From positions 1-34,193 of the forward strand of contig JBGQEL010000040.1 in assembly GCA_041496385.1 (NCBI GenBank): a DNA stretch of 34,193 nucleotides, in the 5' to 3' direction. Positions within the stretch are counted from its first letter, which is position 1. Every line of letters begins with the position of its first letter. Below, piece after piece: positions 9,203 to 17,872 of this stretch. The notes under the pieces were generated by a model. The model was given only the letters and a program-made list of their open reading frames with translations, was not told the origin of the DNA and ran no database searches. Position numbers and translations under genes: made by a program. This DNA is from Candidatus Methylomirabilia bacterium (lineage in GTDB: Bacteria > Methylomirabilota > Methylomirabilia > Rokubacteriales > CSP1-6).

Positions 9203-9895
9203 GTGCGGCGCTCCCCGGCCGGCCTGGATCCAGCGCTCGCGGCCCTCCTGATCGCGCGGCTGGAGCGCCCGGACCTCGATCCGCAGCCGTGGCTCGCGCG
9301 GCTCGACGATCTGGCGGCGCGCTCGGGAGCCGGCCGCGAGGCGCCGGGGCGCGCGCGACTCGACCGGCTCAGGGCGTTCCTCTTCGAGGAGGAGGGGTTT
9401 CGCGGCAACGCGGAGCACTACTACGACCCCCGCAACAGCTGCCTCCACGAGGTGCTCGAGCGCCGCATCGGCATTCCGATCACGCTCTCGGTCCTGACGA
9501 TGGAAGTGGGCCGGCGCGCCGGCCTCGAGATCGCGGGGATCGGGCTGCCCGGCCACTTCGTCGTGGGCGCCCGGATCGGCGACGAGCTGGTACTCGTGGA
9601 CCCGTTCGGCGGCGGGCGGGTGCTCGATCGCCAGGAGGCGGAAGCCATCGTGTCACGCGTGGCGGGGCGCCCCGTCCGGCTCACGGACGCCCACTTCGCG
9701 CGCGCGAGCGGAGCGCAGATCGCGGTCCGCATGCTCAGGAACCTCAAGGCCATCTACGCCAAGCGCCGGGACTGGGCCAGGACGCTCGCGGCCATCGAGG
9801 GCATCCTTGCCGTGGACCCCGCCGAGCAGGCCGAGCTGACCGAGCGCAACACGGTCCTCGCGCAGCTTCGCCGGGAGCTGGCGCTGCTGAACTGA
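9203..9895 (+). CDS. SirB1-like transglutaminase-like domain protein (Transglut_core2)
   Basis: GFRGNAEHYYDPRNS, VLERRIGIPITLS, GLPGHF, VDPFGGG, RMLRNLK. Confidence 0.85.
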   Translation: MRRSPAGLDPALAALLIARLERPDLDPQPWLARLDDLAARSGAGREAPGRARLDRLRAFLFEEEGFRGNAEHYYDPRNSCLHEVLERRIGIPITLSVLTMEVGRRAGLEIAGIGLPGHFVVGARIGDELVLVDPFGGGRVLDRQEAEAIVSRVAGRPVRLTDAHFARASGAQIAVRMLRNLKAIYAKRRDWARTLAAIEGILAVDPAEQAELTERNTVLAQLRRELALLN

Positions 9896-9932
9896 CGGCG
9901 TCCCGCTGCGGGCGGGGGAGTAAGCTACCGGA

Positions 9933-11132
9933 ATGCCGAGAGGCCGTCGCCGTTCCGCGTACCGCGTGATCGCCTGGACCCTGACCGTCTCGCTGCTGGC
10001 CGCGTGCGCCGGGCAACCCTTCAAGCCCGAGTCCGACGAGGTGAAGCTCTGGGCGGCGGCCGACAAGGAGGAGCAGCAGCTTCTCAAGAAGACCAAGCCG
10101 TACGACGACCCGCTGCTCGACGAGTATCTGGCCAGGATCGGCGACCGGCTGCGCCCCGACGAGGTCCGCCCGGCGGGCGTGCCGGGGCTGCGCTTCGGGG
10201 TGATCAGCGACCCGACGCTCAACGCGTTCGCCATGCCCAACGGCCGGATCTACGTTCACTCCGGCCTGCTCTCGCGGATCGACAACGAGGCCCAGCTCGC
10301 GATGATCCTGGGCCACGAGATGACCCACGTGGACCACCGCCACGCGCTCCGGTTCGAGCGCGATGCCGTGAACAAGCAGATCCTCTTCCCGGTGGGCGCC
10401 GCGGTGCTGAGCCAGACCGCCAGCGCGATCCTGGGCGGCGGGCTCCCGCTCGCGGCGACCGCCGCCATCAACGGCTACGGCCGCGACCTCGAGCGCGAGG
10501 CCGACGAGGAGGGGATGGCGCGCCTGGTCCGCGCCGGCTACGACCCGAAGGAGGCGCCCAAGGTCTTCGCGCTCCTGCAGGCGGATTCGAAGGACCGCGG
10601 CAGCCTCGAGACCTTCTTCTTCGGGAGCCACCCCAGGCTGCAGGAGCGGATCGAGACGACCAATCGGCTCATCCAGACGAGCTACGGCGGGGCCGCGGCC
10701 TCGCCGACCACGATCACGAACAGCGAGGAGTTCGGGCTGCGCATGCGCACCGTTTTGCGGGAGAACGCGCTCCTGGACATCCGCGCGGGCCGGTTCAAGC
10801 TCGCCGAGGACCAGCTCGCGCGCGTGATGGCGATCACGCCGAAGGATCCCCTTGCCCACTTGTACGTCGGTGATCTCTACCGGCTGCAAGCGCAGCGGGC
10901 GCGCGCCGCCGAGGCTCGCGGCGTCTTCGCGCGCAAGGCGCTCGACGCCTACGAGCGCTCGGCCGAGCTCGACCCGGCCTTTCCCGATCCCTTCCGCCAG
11001 CTCGGGTTTCTCTACTACCAGCAGAAGGAGAACGATCGCGCGCGCGAGGCGTTCAAGCGCTACCTGGCGCTCAAGCCCGATGCGCCGGACGGCGGGCGGA
11101 TCAAGGAGTATCTGGTGGAGCTGGATCGCTAG
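9933..11132 (+). CDS. M48 family Zn metalloprotease lipoprotein with C-terminal TPRs (BepA/YfgC-like)
   Basis: Lipobox LLAAC, NAFAMPNG, HEMTH (HExxH), EREAD, GYDP, SHP, TPR-like helical C-terminus. Confidence 0.9.
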   Translation: MPRGRRRSAYRVIAWTLTVSLLAACAGQPFKPESDEVKLWAAADKEEQQLLKKTKPYDDPLLDEYLARIGDRLRPDEVRPAGVPGLRFGVISDPTLNAFAMPNGRIYVHSGLLSRIDNEAQLAMILGHEMTHVDHRHALRFERDAVNKQILFPVGAAVLSQTASAILGGGLPLAATAAINGYGRDLEREADEEGMARLVRAGYDPKEAPKVFALLQADSKDRGSLETFFFGSHPRLQERIETTNRLIQTSYGGAAASPTTITNSEEFGLRMRTVLRENALLDIRAGRFKLAEDQLARVMAITPKDPLAHLYVGDLYRLQAQRARAAEARGVFARKALDAYERSAELDPAFPDPFRQLGFLYYQQKENDRAREAFKRYLALKPDAPDGGRIKEYLVELDR

Positions 11133-12559
11133 GCGCGCCCGGTCCAGGGCCGGAGGCGGGACTTCAAGATCTTGCCCGTGGCGCTCTTGGGGAGCGCGTC
11201 CAGGACGGTCACCGTCCTCGGATATTTGAAGCCGGCCAGCCGCTCACGGCAGTAAGCGACCAGCTCGTCGGCGGTGGCCCCGGTCCCAAGGCGAAGCGCC
11301 ACGAACGCGGCGACCTCCTCGCCGAGCTCGGGGTGCGGGACGCCGACCACCGCGGCCTCGGCGACGGACGGATGGGTAAGGAGCGCGGCCTCGACCTCCT
11401 GGGGAAAGACCGAGTATCCGCCTCGCAGGATTCGCTCGCGCTTGCGTCCGGCGATCTCCACCCAGCCGCCGGCCGCAAGTCTCGCGAGATCGCCCGTCTT
11501 GAACCAGCCATCGGGTGTCATGATCTCTCGCGTTTCCTCAGGCGAATTAAGGTAACTCTGCATGACGGCGGGACTCCTGATCCAGAGCTCGCCGACCTCT
11601 CCGGGAGGCGCCGTCTGCCCGGCCTCGTCCACGAGCCTGACCTCCACCCCAGGCACGGCGCGGCCGATCGACGCGGGCGACTCGGTCGGATCCGAGGTCA
11701 GGTAGGAGATCGGGCGGAAGAGCTCGGTCATTCCGTAGCCCCGGAGGATCCTCACCCCGGTGCGCTCGCGCCACTCCTGCGCGAGCTCCCACGGGCACGG
11801 TGCGGCGCCCGAGACGGCGACGCGGACCGACGCGAGCGCGCCCGCACCGAGGGCCGGGCTATCGAGGATGCGCCGGAACATGGTCGCGACGCCCGGGACT
11901 ACCGTCACGCGGTGGCGGGCGATCGCGCCGAGCGCGGCCTCGGGGGAGAACCGCTCGACGAGGGCGACCGTCGCGCCGGCGAGGAGGGGTGCCAGCAGGG
12001 CGCCGTTCAGGCCGAACGAGTGGGCGAGAGGGAGCGCCGCGAGGACGACGTCGTCCGGCGTGAGCCCCATCACCGGCCCCGCCCAGGAGTCGATGGCGAA
12101 TCCGAGCGCCCGGTGCCCCAGGACCGCGCCCTTCGGCCGGCCCGTGCTCCCCGACGTGTACAGAACGAGCGCCGGCGTGCGGGGGTCGGTGAGGGGCTCT
12201 GCCAGGTGCCCCACCCCGGGCACGGCGGCGACGTCGGCTTCTTCGATCATCACGACGGGGGCGAGGTCGGCGAGGACCGCGGCGCGCTCGTCAGGTTTCA
12301 GCAGCGGGTCGAGCGGAGCGATGGTGAGGCCGAGCTTCCAGCCGGCGAGAAGCGCCACCGCGAACGGCCAGCGGTTCGGCATCGCCATCGTCACGCGGGC
12401 TCCCGGCGCGACGCCGCGCCCGGCCAGCGTCGCGGCGAGGACGCCGGCGCGGGACGTGAGCTCGGCATAGGTGAGCGCGCCGCCGTCCCAGACCAGCGCG
12501 TGCTTCTCGGGCCAGCGGCGCGCGCCCGCCTCGAGCCGACGGACGAAGCTCTCGGCCAC
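11129..12559 (-). CDS. Class I adenylate-forming enzyme (acyl-CoA synthetase)
   Basis: YTSGSTGRPKG, GYGMTE, GWFKTGD, LPKSATGKILK. Confidence 0.92.
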   Translation of the reverse strand: MAESFVRRLEAGARRWPEKHALVWDGGALTYAELTSRAGVLAATLAGRGVAPGARVTMAMPNRWPFAVALLAGWKLGLTIAPLDPLLKPDERAAVLADLAPVVMIEEADVAAVPGVGHLAEPLTDPRTPALVLYTSGSTGRPKGAVLGHRALGFAIDSWAGPVMGLTPDDVVLAALPLAHSFGLNGALLAPLLAGATVALVERFSPEAALGAIARHRVTVVPGVATMFRRILDSPALGAGALASVRVAVSGAAPCPWELAQEWRERTGVRILRGYGMTELFRPISYLTSDPTESPASIGRAVPGVEVRLVDEAGQTAPPGEVGELWIRSPAVMQSYLNSPEETREIMTPDGWFKTGDLARLAAGGWVEIAGRKRERILRGGYSVFPQEVEAALLTHPSVAEAAVVGVPHPELGEEVAAFVALRLGTGATADELVAYCRERLAGFKYPRTVTVLDALPKSATGKILKSRLRPWTGRA

Positions 12560-12565
12560 GGGCCG

Positions 12566-13921
12566 CTAGGGCAGGAAGTCCTTGGGGTCGATACGCCGCC
12601 AGACGTCGGGCGGCACGCGGTGGCGCGGCGTGTAGGCGGCGAGCGAGGGCTTGGCCGTCGCGTCCACGCCCCACTTCGCGGTGTAGCCGTCCTCGCGCGC
12701 CGACGGGTCGAGGTCCGAGCCCCGCGCGTTCGTGATGATCGTGATGTCGCGGTCGGGCTGACAGCGCGTCGCGATCGCCCAGTTCACCTGCCGGTCGTCG
12801 AAGACGTCCACGTCCTGGTCGACCACGACCACGCGCTTCATGTAGAGGTCGGCGCCGAGCACGGCGAGGATCGCGTTCTTGGCCTGGCCCGGCACGCGTT
12901 GCTCGATCGAGACATAGCAGGTGAACGGCCCCGGCACGCGCACGGCCTTGACCGAGGGCACCATCGCGCGGACGGCGCGGTGGAGGTTCGCCTCCATCGG
13001 GATCGTGGAGAGCAGCATGTGGTCGAGGTGCGCGACCGTGATGTCCTGGAACATCGCGTCGCGGCGATGGGTGATCGCCTTGACGCGGACGATCTCGCGC
13101 TGGCGCTCCCCCAGGCTGTAGCCGGTGAACTCGCCGAAGGGGCCCTCGGGCGTCCGTTCGCGCGGCAGGATCTCGGCCTCGATGACCAGCTCCGCGTGGG
13201 CGGGCACGAGCACGTCAGAGGTCTCGCACTTCACCAGCTCGAGCGGCTCGCCGAGCAGGGCGCCCATGATCGCGCGCTCGTCCTCGTCGATCGAGCCGAT
13301 GGCGAGCGCGCCGAGCGCGATCGCGGGATGGACGCCGATGACGAGCGCGAGGGGCAACGGCTCGCCGCGCGCCTCGGCGATCCGGTGGAACTCCCAGAGG
13401 TGCTTGCCCGTCGTGAGGTGGATGGACGTGGTGTCGCGGCCCTTGATCTGGAGTCGGTTGTACGCGCAGTTCCAGACCTCCGCGGTCGGATCCTTCGCGA
13501 ACGAGATGGCGGCGGTGACGTACGCCCCGGCGTCGCCCTCGTGGTGCAGGATCTGGGGAAGAGCGTAGAGATCGACCCGCTCGCCCGTGAGGACGACTTC
13601 CTTGACGGGACCCGTCGCGACTGTCCGGGGCGGGATCGGCCGCTCCACCGCGCGGAGGTAAGCCCGCTGGGTCTCCTCGGGCGCCACCCCCATCGCCGCA
13701 GCGAGTCGCGCACGGCTCGCGTGCAGATTCGTCAGGACCGGGAACTTCGAGCCCTTGACGCGCTCGAAGAGGAGCACGGGCCGTCGCCGGGCCTCGCGCT
13801 CGAGCTTCACGACGAGCGCCGTCAGCTCGTAGGCCGGGTCGATCTCCTTCGAGACGATCTGGAAGTCTTCGGCCTTCCGGCGCTTGACGAGGTCGAGGAA
13901 GCTACGCAGATCCTGGGCCAC
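12566..13921 (-). CDS. UbiD family (prFMN-dependent) decarboxylase
   Basis: DLRSFL, YNRLQ, GVHPA, EGPFGEFTGY, VVVVDQDVDVFD, WAIATR, LDPS, GVDAT. Confidence 0.93.
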   Translation of the reverse strand: MAQDLRSFLDLVKRRKAEDFQIVSKEIDPAYELTALVVKLEREARRRPVLLFERVKGSKFPVLTNLHASRARLAAAMGVAPEETQRAYLRAVERPIPPRTVATGPVKEVVLTGERVDLYALPQILHHEGDAGAYVTAAISFAKDPTAEVWNCAYNRLQIKGRDTTSIHLTTGKHLWEFHRIAEARGEPLPLALVIGVHPAIALGALAIGSIDEDERAIMGALLGEPLELVKCETSDVLVPAHAELVIEAEILPRERTPEGPFGEFTGYSLGERQREIVRVKAITHRRDAMFQDITVAHLDHMLLSTIPMEANLHRAVRAMVPSVKAVRVPGPFTCYVSIEQRVPGQAKNAILAVLGADLYMKRVVVVDQDVDVFDDRQVNWAIATRCQPDRDITIITNARGSDLDPSAREDGYTAKWGVDATAKPSLAAYTPRHRVPPDVWRRIDPKDFLP

Positions 13922-13940
13922 GCCGCCTAGGATACTGAAA

Positions 13941-14633
13941 TCAGGCCTGCTCGGGCACCTTCTTTCTCCCGTTCTGCGCGAACCACCAGCCCAGCGCCAC
14001 GATGAGCGCGCCTGGAAAGACCGGCAGGAGCGCGACGCCGGGCGCGCCGTGATCCACCCAGCGCGCCAGGTAGCGGTCGGCCAGGATCATCTCGGCGGCG
14101 ACGTACCCGAGGATCCCGCCGCCGATCCAGATGATCCAGACGAAGCGGTTCATCAGCAGGGCGAGAAGCCCGCTGCCCCAGACGACGATCGGCAGCGAGA
14201 GTGCGATGCCGAACGTGACGAGCGTGAGGTCGCCGTGGGCCGCGGCGGCGACCGCGAGCACGTTGTCCATGCTCATGACGGCGTCGGCAAGGATGATGAT
14301 CCAGACCGCCTCCCAGAGGGACCCGCCCTGCCGCACGTGGCCCTCCGCGCCCGTCTGCTGGCGCACGAGCTTGTACGCGATCCAGAGAAGCACGACGCCG
14401 CCGGCGGCCTGGAGTAGGGGGATCGTGAGGAGGAACGTCGCGATCGCGATGAACGCGAGCCGCAGACCGACGGCGCCCGCGGTGCCCCCCATGCGTCCCC
14501 AGAACTGCTGGCGCTGCGGCAGCGTGCGCACGGCCAGCGCGATCACGAGCGCGTTGTCGCCCGCGAGCGTGAGGTCGATCACGACGATGCCGGCCAGCCG
14601 GGCCCAGAATTCGGGATCCATCAGGAACATCAT
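13941..14633 (-). CDS. TerC family (YjbE-like) membrane protein
   Basis: IDLTLAGDNALVIALA, ADAVMSMDNVLAVAAAA, multiple TM helices. Confidence 0.92.
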   Translation of the reverse strand: MMFLMDPEFWARLAGIVVIDLTLAGDNALVIALAVRTLPQRQQFWGRMGGTAGAVGLRLAFIAIATFLLTIPLLQAAGGVVLLWIAYKLVRQQTGAEGHVRQGGSLWEAVWIIILADAVMSMDNVLAVAAAAHGDLTLVTFGIALSLPIVVWGSGLLALLMNRFVWIIWIGGGILGYVAAEMILADRYLARWVDHGAPGVALLPVFPGALIVALGWWFAQNGRKKVPEQA

Positions 14634-14636
14634 AGA

Positions 14637-14732
14637 TCACTCCACCAGGCGCTTCAGGACCGCGACCAGCGCGCGGCCCACGACCAGCAGCGCGACGGCG
14701 ATGGCCAGGCCTTCGTAACGGTTCACAGTCAT
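14637..14732 (-). CDS. 31-aa single-pass membrane peptide MTVNRYEGLAIAVALLVVGRALVAVLKRLVE (not in the ORF track)
   Basis: Strong SD GAGGAG 7 nt before the ATG, GC3-rich codons, hydrophobic core followed by KR. Its stop lies 3 nt before the terC ATG. Confidence 0.7.
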   Translation of the reverse strand: MTVNRYEGLAIAVALLVVGRALVAVLKRLVE

Positions 14733-14737
14733 CACGT

Positions 14738-14797
14738 GTCTCCTCGTGAGATGGACGAGCGGAGTTCGCCGCCCGGGAGCGGCGCGTGTCAGGAGAC
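14738..14797 (-). promoter_or_regulatory. Putative translational attenuator (anti-SD plus hairpin) upstream of the small peptide and terC
   Basis: On the minus strand GUCUCCU (14797-14791) is complementary to AGGAGAC (14744-14738), which overlaps the SD. A CGCCGCUC/GGGCGGCG hairpin lies between them. Confidence 0.4.
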
Positions 14798-14813
14798 GGA
14801 CGGGATGACCGGG

Positions 14814-15050
14814 CTAGTGGTCTTCGGGCGAGCGCGGGGACGCGAGCGCGAACAGCGCGGAGCGCGGCGCAGGGGCCCAGACGCGCGACGGCTCGCGAGG
14901 GGCGCCGAGGGCGACCGCCGCGGGGCGGGGCGCTGGGGCCCCGCGCTCGACGGCGGCGTCGCGCGCGGGAGCCGGCCGGGCGCCCTCGTCCCGGCGACGC
15001 TCGACGCGGCGCTGGGTGTGAAGGGCCTCCTCGATCGAGGAGTAGGCGCC
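14814..15050 (-). other. Start-less 78-codon open frame ending ...LFALASPRSPEDH* (leader-peptide remnant or readthrough extension)
   Basis: In frame with, and immediately after, the TGA of the amidohydrolase. No ATG/GTG/TTG in frame. Pro/Ala/Arg-rich. Confidence 0.35.
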
Positions 15051-16061
15051 TCACAGTTTGTATAGTTTACGGCAATTGTCGGCGAGCACCTTTTTCTTCT
15101 GCGTGTCCGTCAGATCGCCGCGGTTGCGGATCTCGTCGATCGAGCCCGGGAAGCTGTGGTCCCAGTGGGGGAAATCGGAAGCGTAGACGATCTGGTTCTC
15201 GCCCACGAGCTTCAGCGCCTGCGGCAGCAGCCACTCGTCCGCCTCGCAGGAGAAATAGATCTTGCCCGAGCGCACGTACTCGCTCGGCTTCTTCTTCAGC
15301 ACGGGCGCCTCGACCGCGCCGCGCTTGTCGTACTCGTCGTCCATGCGCTCAATCCAGTAGGGGGCCCAGCCGGCGCCGGCCTCGAGGAACGCGATCCGGA
15401 GGTCGGGGAAGCGCTCGGGGATGCCCTCGAACACGATGGACGTGAGCTGGCGCATCTGGCCGAACGCGTGCGAGCAGGTGTGCGCCTGAATGAAGCGCGG
15501 GAAGAGATCCACGCCGGCGCCGCCCAGATGGGAGCCCGACGCGTGGACGCCGAGCATCACGTCGAGCCGCTGCGCCTCTTCGTAGATCGGGGTGAAGCGC
15601 TCGTCGCCGAGAACGTGGCTGCCGTCGGCGGCCAGCATGGCGCCGACGTGGCCGAGCTCCCTCACGGCGCGCCGCAGCTCCTGCGCGGCGGCGGCCGGGT
15701 CCTGGATCGGCAGGAGGGCGACGACCTTCAGGCGCGGGCTGACCTTGATGAACTCCTCGTGCATCATCGTGTTGTAGGCGCGGCAGAGCCGCACCGCCCA
15801 CTCGCGGTCCTTCAGGAAGCTCATGAAGAGCCCGAGCGTGGGATAGAGCACCGCCAGCTCCATGCCGCCCTGGTCGAGCGCCCGGAGCCACTGCTCCGCG
15901 TTCCCCGCCCAGTCGTGGAACTTGTCGATGAGCCGCCGGTCCCAGCCGTCCGCCGTATAAAACGGAAACGTCAGCGGGCGCCGGCGATAGGGCTCGTCGA
16001 GATACTTCGCGAGCTGATCGTAGCTCTCGGTCACATGGCCGTCGGCGTCGAGCACTGTCAT
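15051..16061 (-). CDS. Amidohydrolase family protein (Amidohydro_2)
   Basis: DADGH, VLYPT, RAYN, GVH, FLEAGAGW, YASDFPHWD, DNCRKLY. SD GGAGGAG before the ATG at 16061. Confidence 0.9.
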   Translation of the reverse strand: MTVLDADGHVTESYDQLAKYLDEPYRRRPLTFPFYTADGWDRRLIDKFHDWAGNAEQWLRALDQGGMELAVLYPTLGLFMSFLKDREWAVRLCRAYNTMMHEEFIKVSPRLKVVALLPIQDPAAAAQELRRAVRELGHVGAMLAADGSHVLGDERFTPIYEEAQRLDVMLGVHASGSHLGGAGVDLFPRFIQAHTCSHAFGQMRQLTSIVFEGIPERFPDLRIAFLEAGAGWAPYWIERMDDEYDKRGAVEAPVLKKKPSEYVRSGKIYFSCEADEWLLPQALKLVGENQIVYASDFPHWDHSFPGSIDEIRNRGDLTDTQKKKVLADNCRKLYKL

Positions 16062-16140
16062 GGCCGTCTCCTCCATCCGGGGATCGCTTCGGGATTCACC
16101 ACATGCGTCGGGGGTTCGCCGCGCCCGCGCGTCGGGGTCC

Positions 16141-17850
16141 TCATGGCTTCTTGCAGATCACGTTGAGCAGGGCCTGGCGCTTCTCCTCGCGCACGACGCG
16201 GAGCGCCCGGGCGAGCGCCCCGGGCAGATCGGCAGGGTCCTCCACGCGCTCGGCGTGGCCGCCGGAGGCACGGCAGACCAGCTCGTAGTCGGGCGCGGGC
16301 TCGAGATCGCTCATGGGCATCGAGCCGGTCCTCGCCGTCCAGCCATCGGGGGCGAAGCCCTTGACGGCGCGCTTGACCGCGTTCCAGGCGCGGTTATTGA
16401 AGACCACGAAGAGCACGGGGATGTCGTGGGCGCGCGCCACGAAGTGAACGGCGGTCGGCGCGCCGAAGATGTAGGCCCCGTCGCCGACGCAGCAGATGAC
16501 GGTCTTGTCCGGCGCGGCGAGCTTGGCCCCGAGCGCGGCGCCGAGGCCCCAGCCGAGACTGCTGGACGCGGGTCCGTTGAAGTAGCTCCCGGGCACGCGG
16601 AAGCAGGTCTGGGTTGCGTCGAGGTCGTACTCGTTGACGACGATCGTTCGCTCGTCCACGAGGTCGCCGACGCACCGGGAGAGCCAGGCCATGTCGATCG
16701 GGCGGTCGTTCTGGGCATTGCGCGCCGCCGCCGCCCATCCCTCGCGACGCCGCGCGTGCTCGGCCTGCAGGCGCTGCCGCCGTTCGCCCACGAGGCGGGC
16801 GTCTATGCGCGTGCTGAGGGCGTCAGCGAGAGCGGCGAGCGTCAGCCGCACGGTGCCCGCGAGCGCCACGTCGGCGCCGAAGCCGCGGATCGGAAAGCGC
16901 GAGAAGAGCGGGTCCACGCCGATCTGGACGAGCTTGGCGTCGGGACGCGGGCTCTTCAGCTGGGGGAACCACGGGGCGTCGGACTCGATGACGACGATCG
17001 CGTCCGCCTCGTCGAGGTGGGGCGCCGAGTCGTATCCCGCGTGGAGCGAGTGGTCCTGGGGGAAGTTCACGTGGGTGTGGAAGTTGTCGACGACGGGCAG
17101 CGCCGCCACCTCGGCAAGCCGGACCATCGACGCGACGGCGCCGGGGTCGCGTCCGAGGGCCTTGGTGATCACGAGGGGATTCTTCGCCGCCGCCAGGATG
17201 CCGGCGGCCTCCTCGATCGCGCCGGGCGCCGCGACGACCTCGCTCGGCCGCGGCGCGCGCGAGGCGTCGCGGTACTCGAAGCTGTCGTGGCGCTCCCCCA
17301 GGACCTCGCGCGGGAGCGTCAGGTACACGGGACCCTGCGGCTCGGCCTGGGTGATCGCCAGCGCGCGGTCGACGACCGTCTCGAGCTGCGGGAAGTTCCG
17401 GAGCTCGTAGTCCCACTTGACGAACTCGCGCACGATCGCGCCCTGGTCGAACGACTCCTGCGCCCAGTGGATCTGGCGCTCGCGGCTGCCGCGGAAGCCC
17501 GACTCGGTGATCGGGTTGCGCCCGGCGGTGAACAGCATCGGCACGTTGCCGCGCGCGGCGTTGATGACGCCGCCGAGCGCGTTGGCGGTGCCGACGATGA
17601 CGTGGACCATCACGACCTGTGGCCGCCCCGTCACCATCGCGTAGCCGTGCGCCATGGCGACGGCGGGCACCTCGTGGGGCACCGTGATCGGGCGCGGCAG
17701 GAGCTGGCCGTGGGCGCCGCGACGGGCGTACGCCTCGATGATGGGCGCGAAGTCCGTCCCCGCGTTGCCGAAGAAGTACTCGACGCCCCGGGCCGCGAGC
17801 AGCTCCAGATAGGCCTCGGCGGTGCTCTCGATCGTCACGCGCTTGTTCAT
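16141..17850 (-). CDS. Thiamine pyrophosphate-requiring enzyme (acetolactate synthase / benzoylformate decarboxylase-like)
   Basis: FGNAGTD, PHE with the conserved Glu, LGWGLGAALG, ThDP motif GDGA...NN. Confidence 0.9.
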   Translation of the reverse strand: MNKRVTIESTAEAYLELLAARGVEYFFGNAGTDFAPIIEAYARRGAHGQLLPRPITVPHEVPAVAMAHGYAMVTGRPQVVMVHVIVGTANALGGVINAARGNVPMLFTAGRNPITESGFRGSRERQIHWAQESFDQGAIVREFVKWDYELRNFPQLETVVDRALAITQAEPQGPVYLTLPREVLGERHDSFEYRDASRAPRPSEVVAAPGAIEEAAGILAAAKNPLVITKALGRDPGAVASMVRLAEVAALPVVDNFHTHVNFPQDHSLHAGYDSAPHLDEADAIVVIESDAPWFPQLKSPRPDAKLVQIGVDPLFSRFPIRGFGADVALAGTVRLTLAALADALSTRIDARLVGERRQRLQAEHARRREGWAAAARNAQNDRPIDMAWLSRCVGDLVDERTIVVNEYDLDATQTCFRVPGSYFNGPASSSLGWGLGAALGAKLAAPDKTVICCVGDGAYIFGAPTAVHFVARAHDIPVLFVVFNNRAWNAVKRAVKGFAPDGWTARTGSMPMSDLEPAPDYELVCRASGGHAERVEDPADLPGALARALRVVREEKRQALLNVICKKP

Positions 17851-17872
17851 CGGCTCGCTCCTGTCGTTGCGT

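Noticed and set aside
11129..11132. Convergent genes sharing a CTAG stop overlap (M48 protease and CoA ligase)
   Set aside because: Common in compact GC-rich genomes; no additional signal.
11150..11700. Slightly more A/T at third codon positions in the 3' part of the CoA ligase
   Set aside because: Not quantified, the frame and motifs are intact, and no mobility genes or flanking repeats are present.
14740..15050. yybP-ykoY manganese riboswitch expected upstream of terC
   Set aside because: I could not identify its conserved elements by eye. An Infernal/Rfam search is needed, so it is not called.
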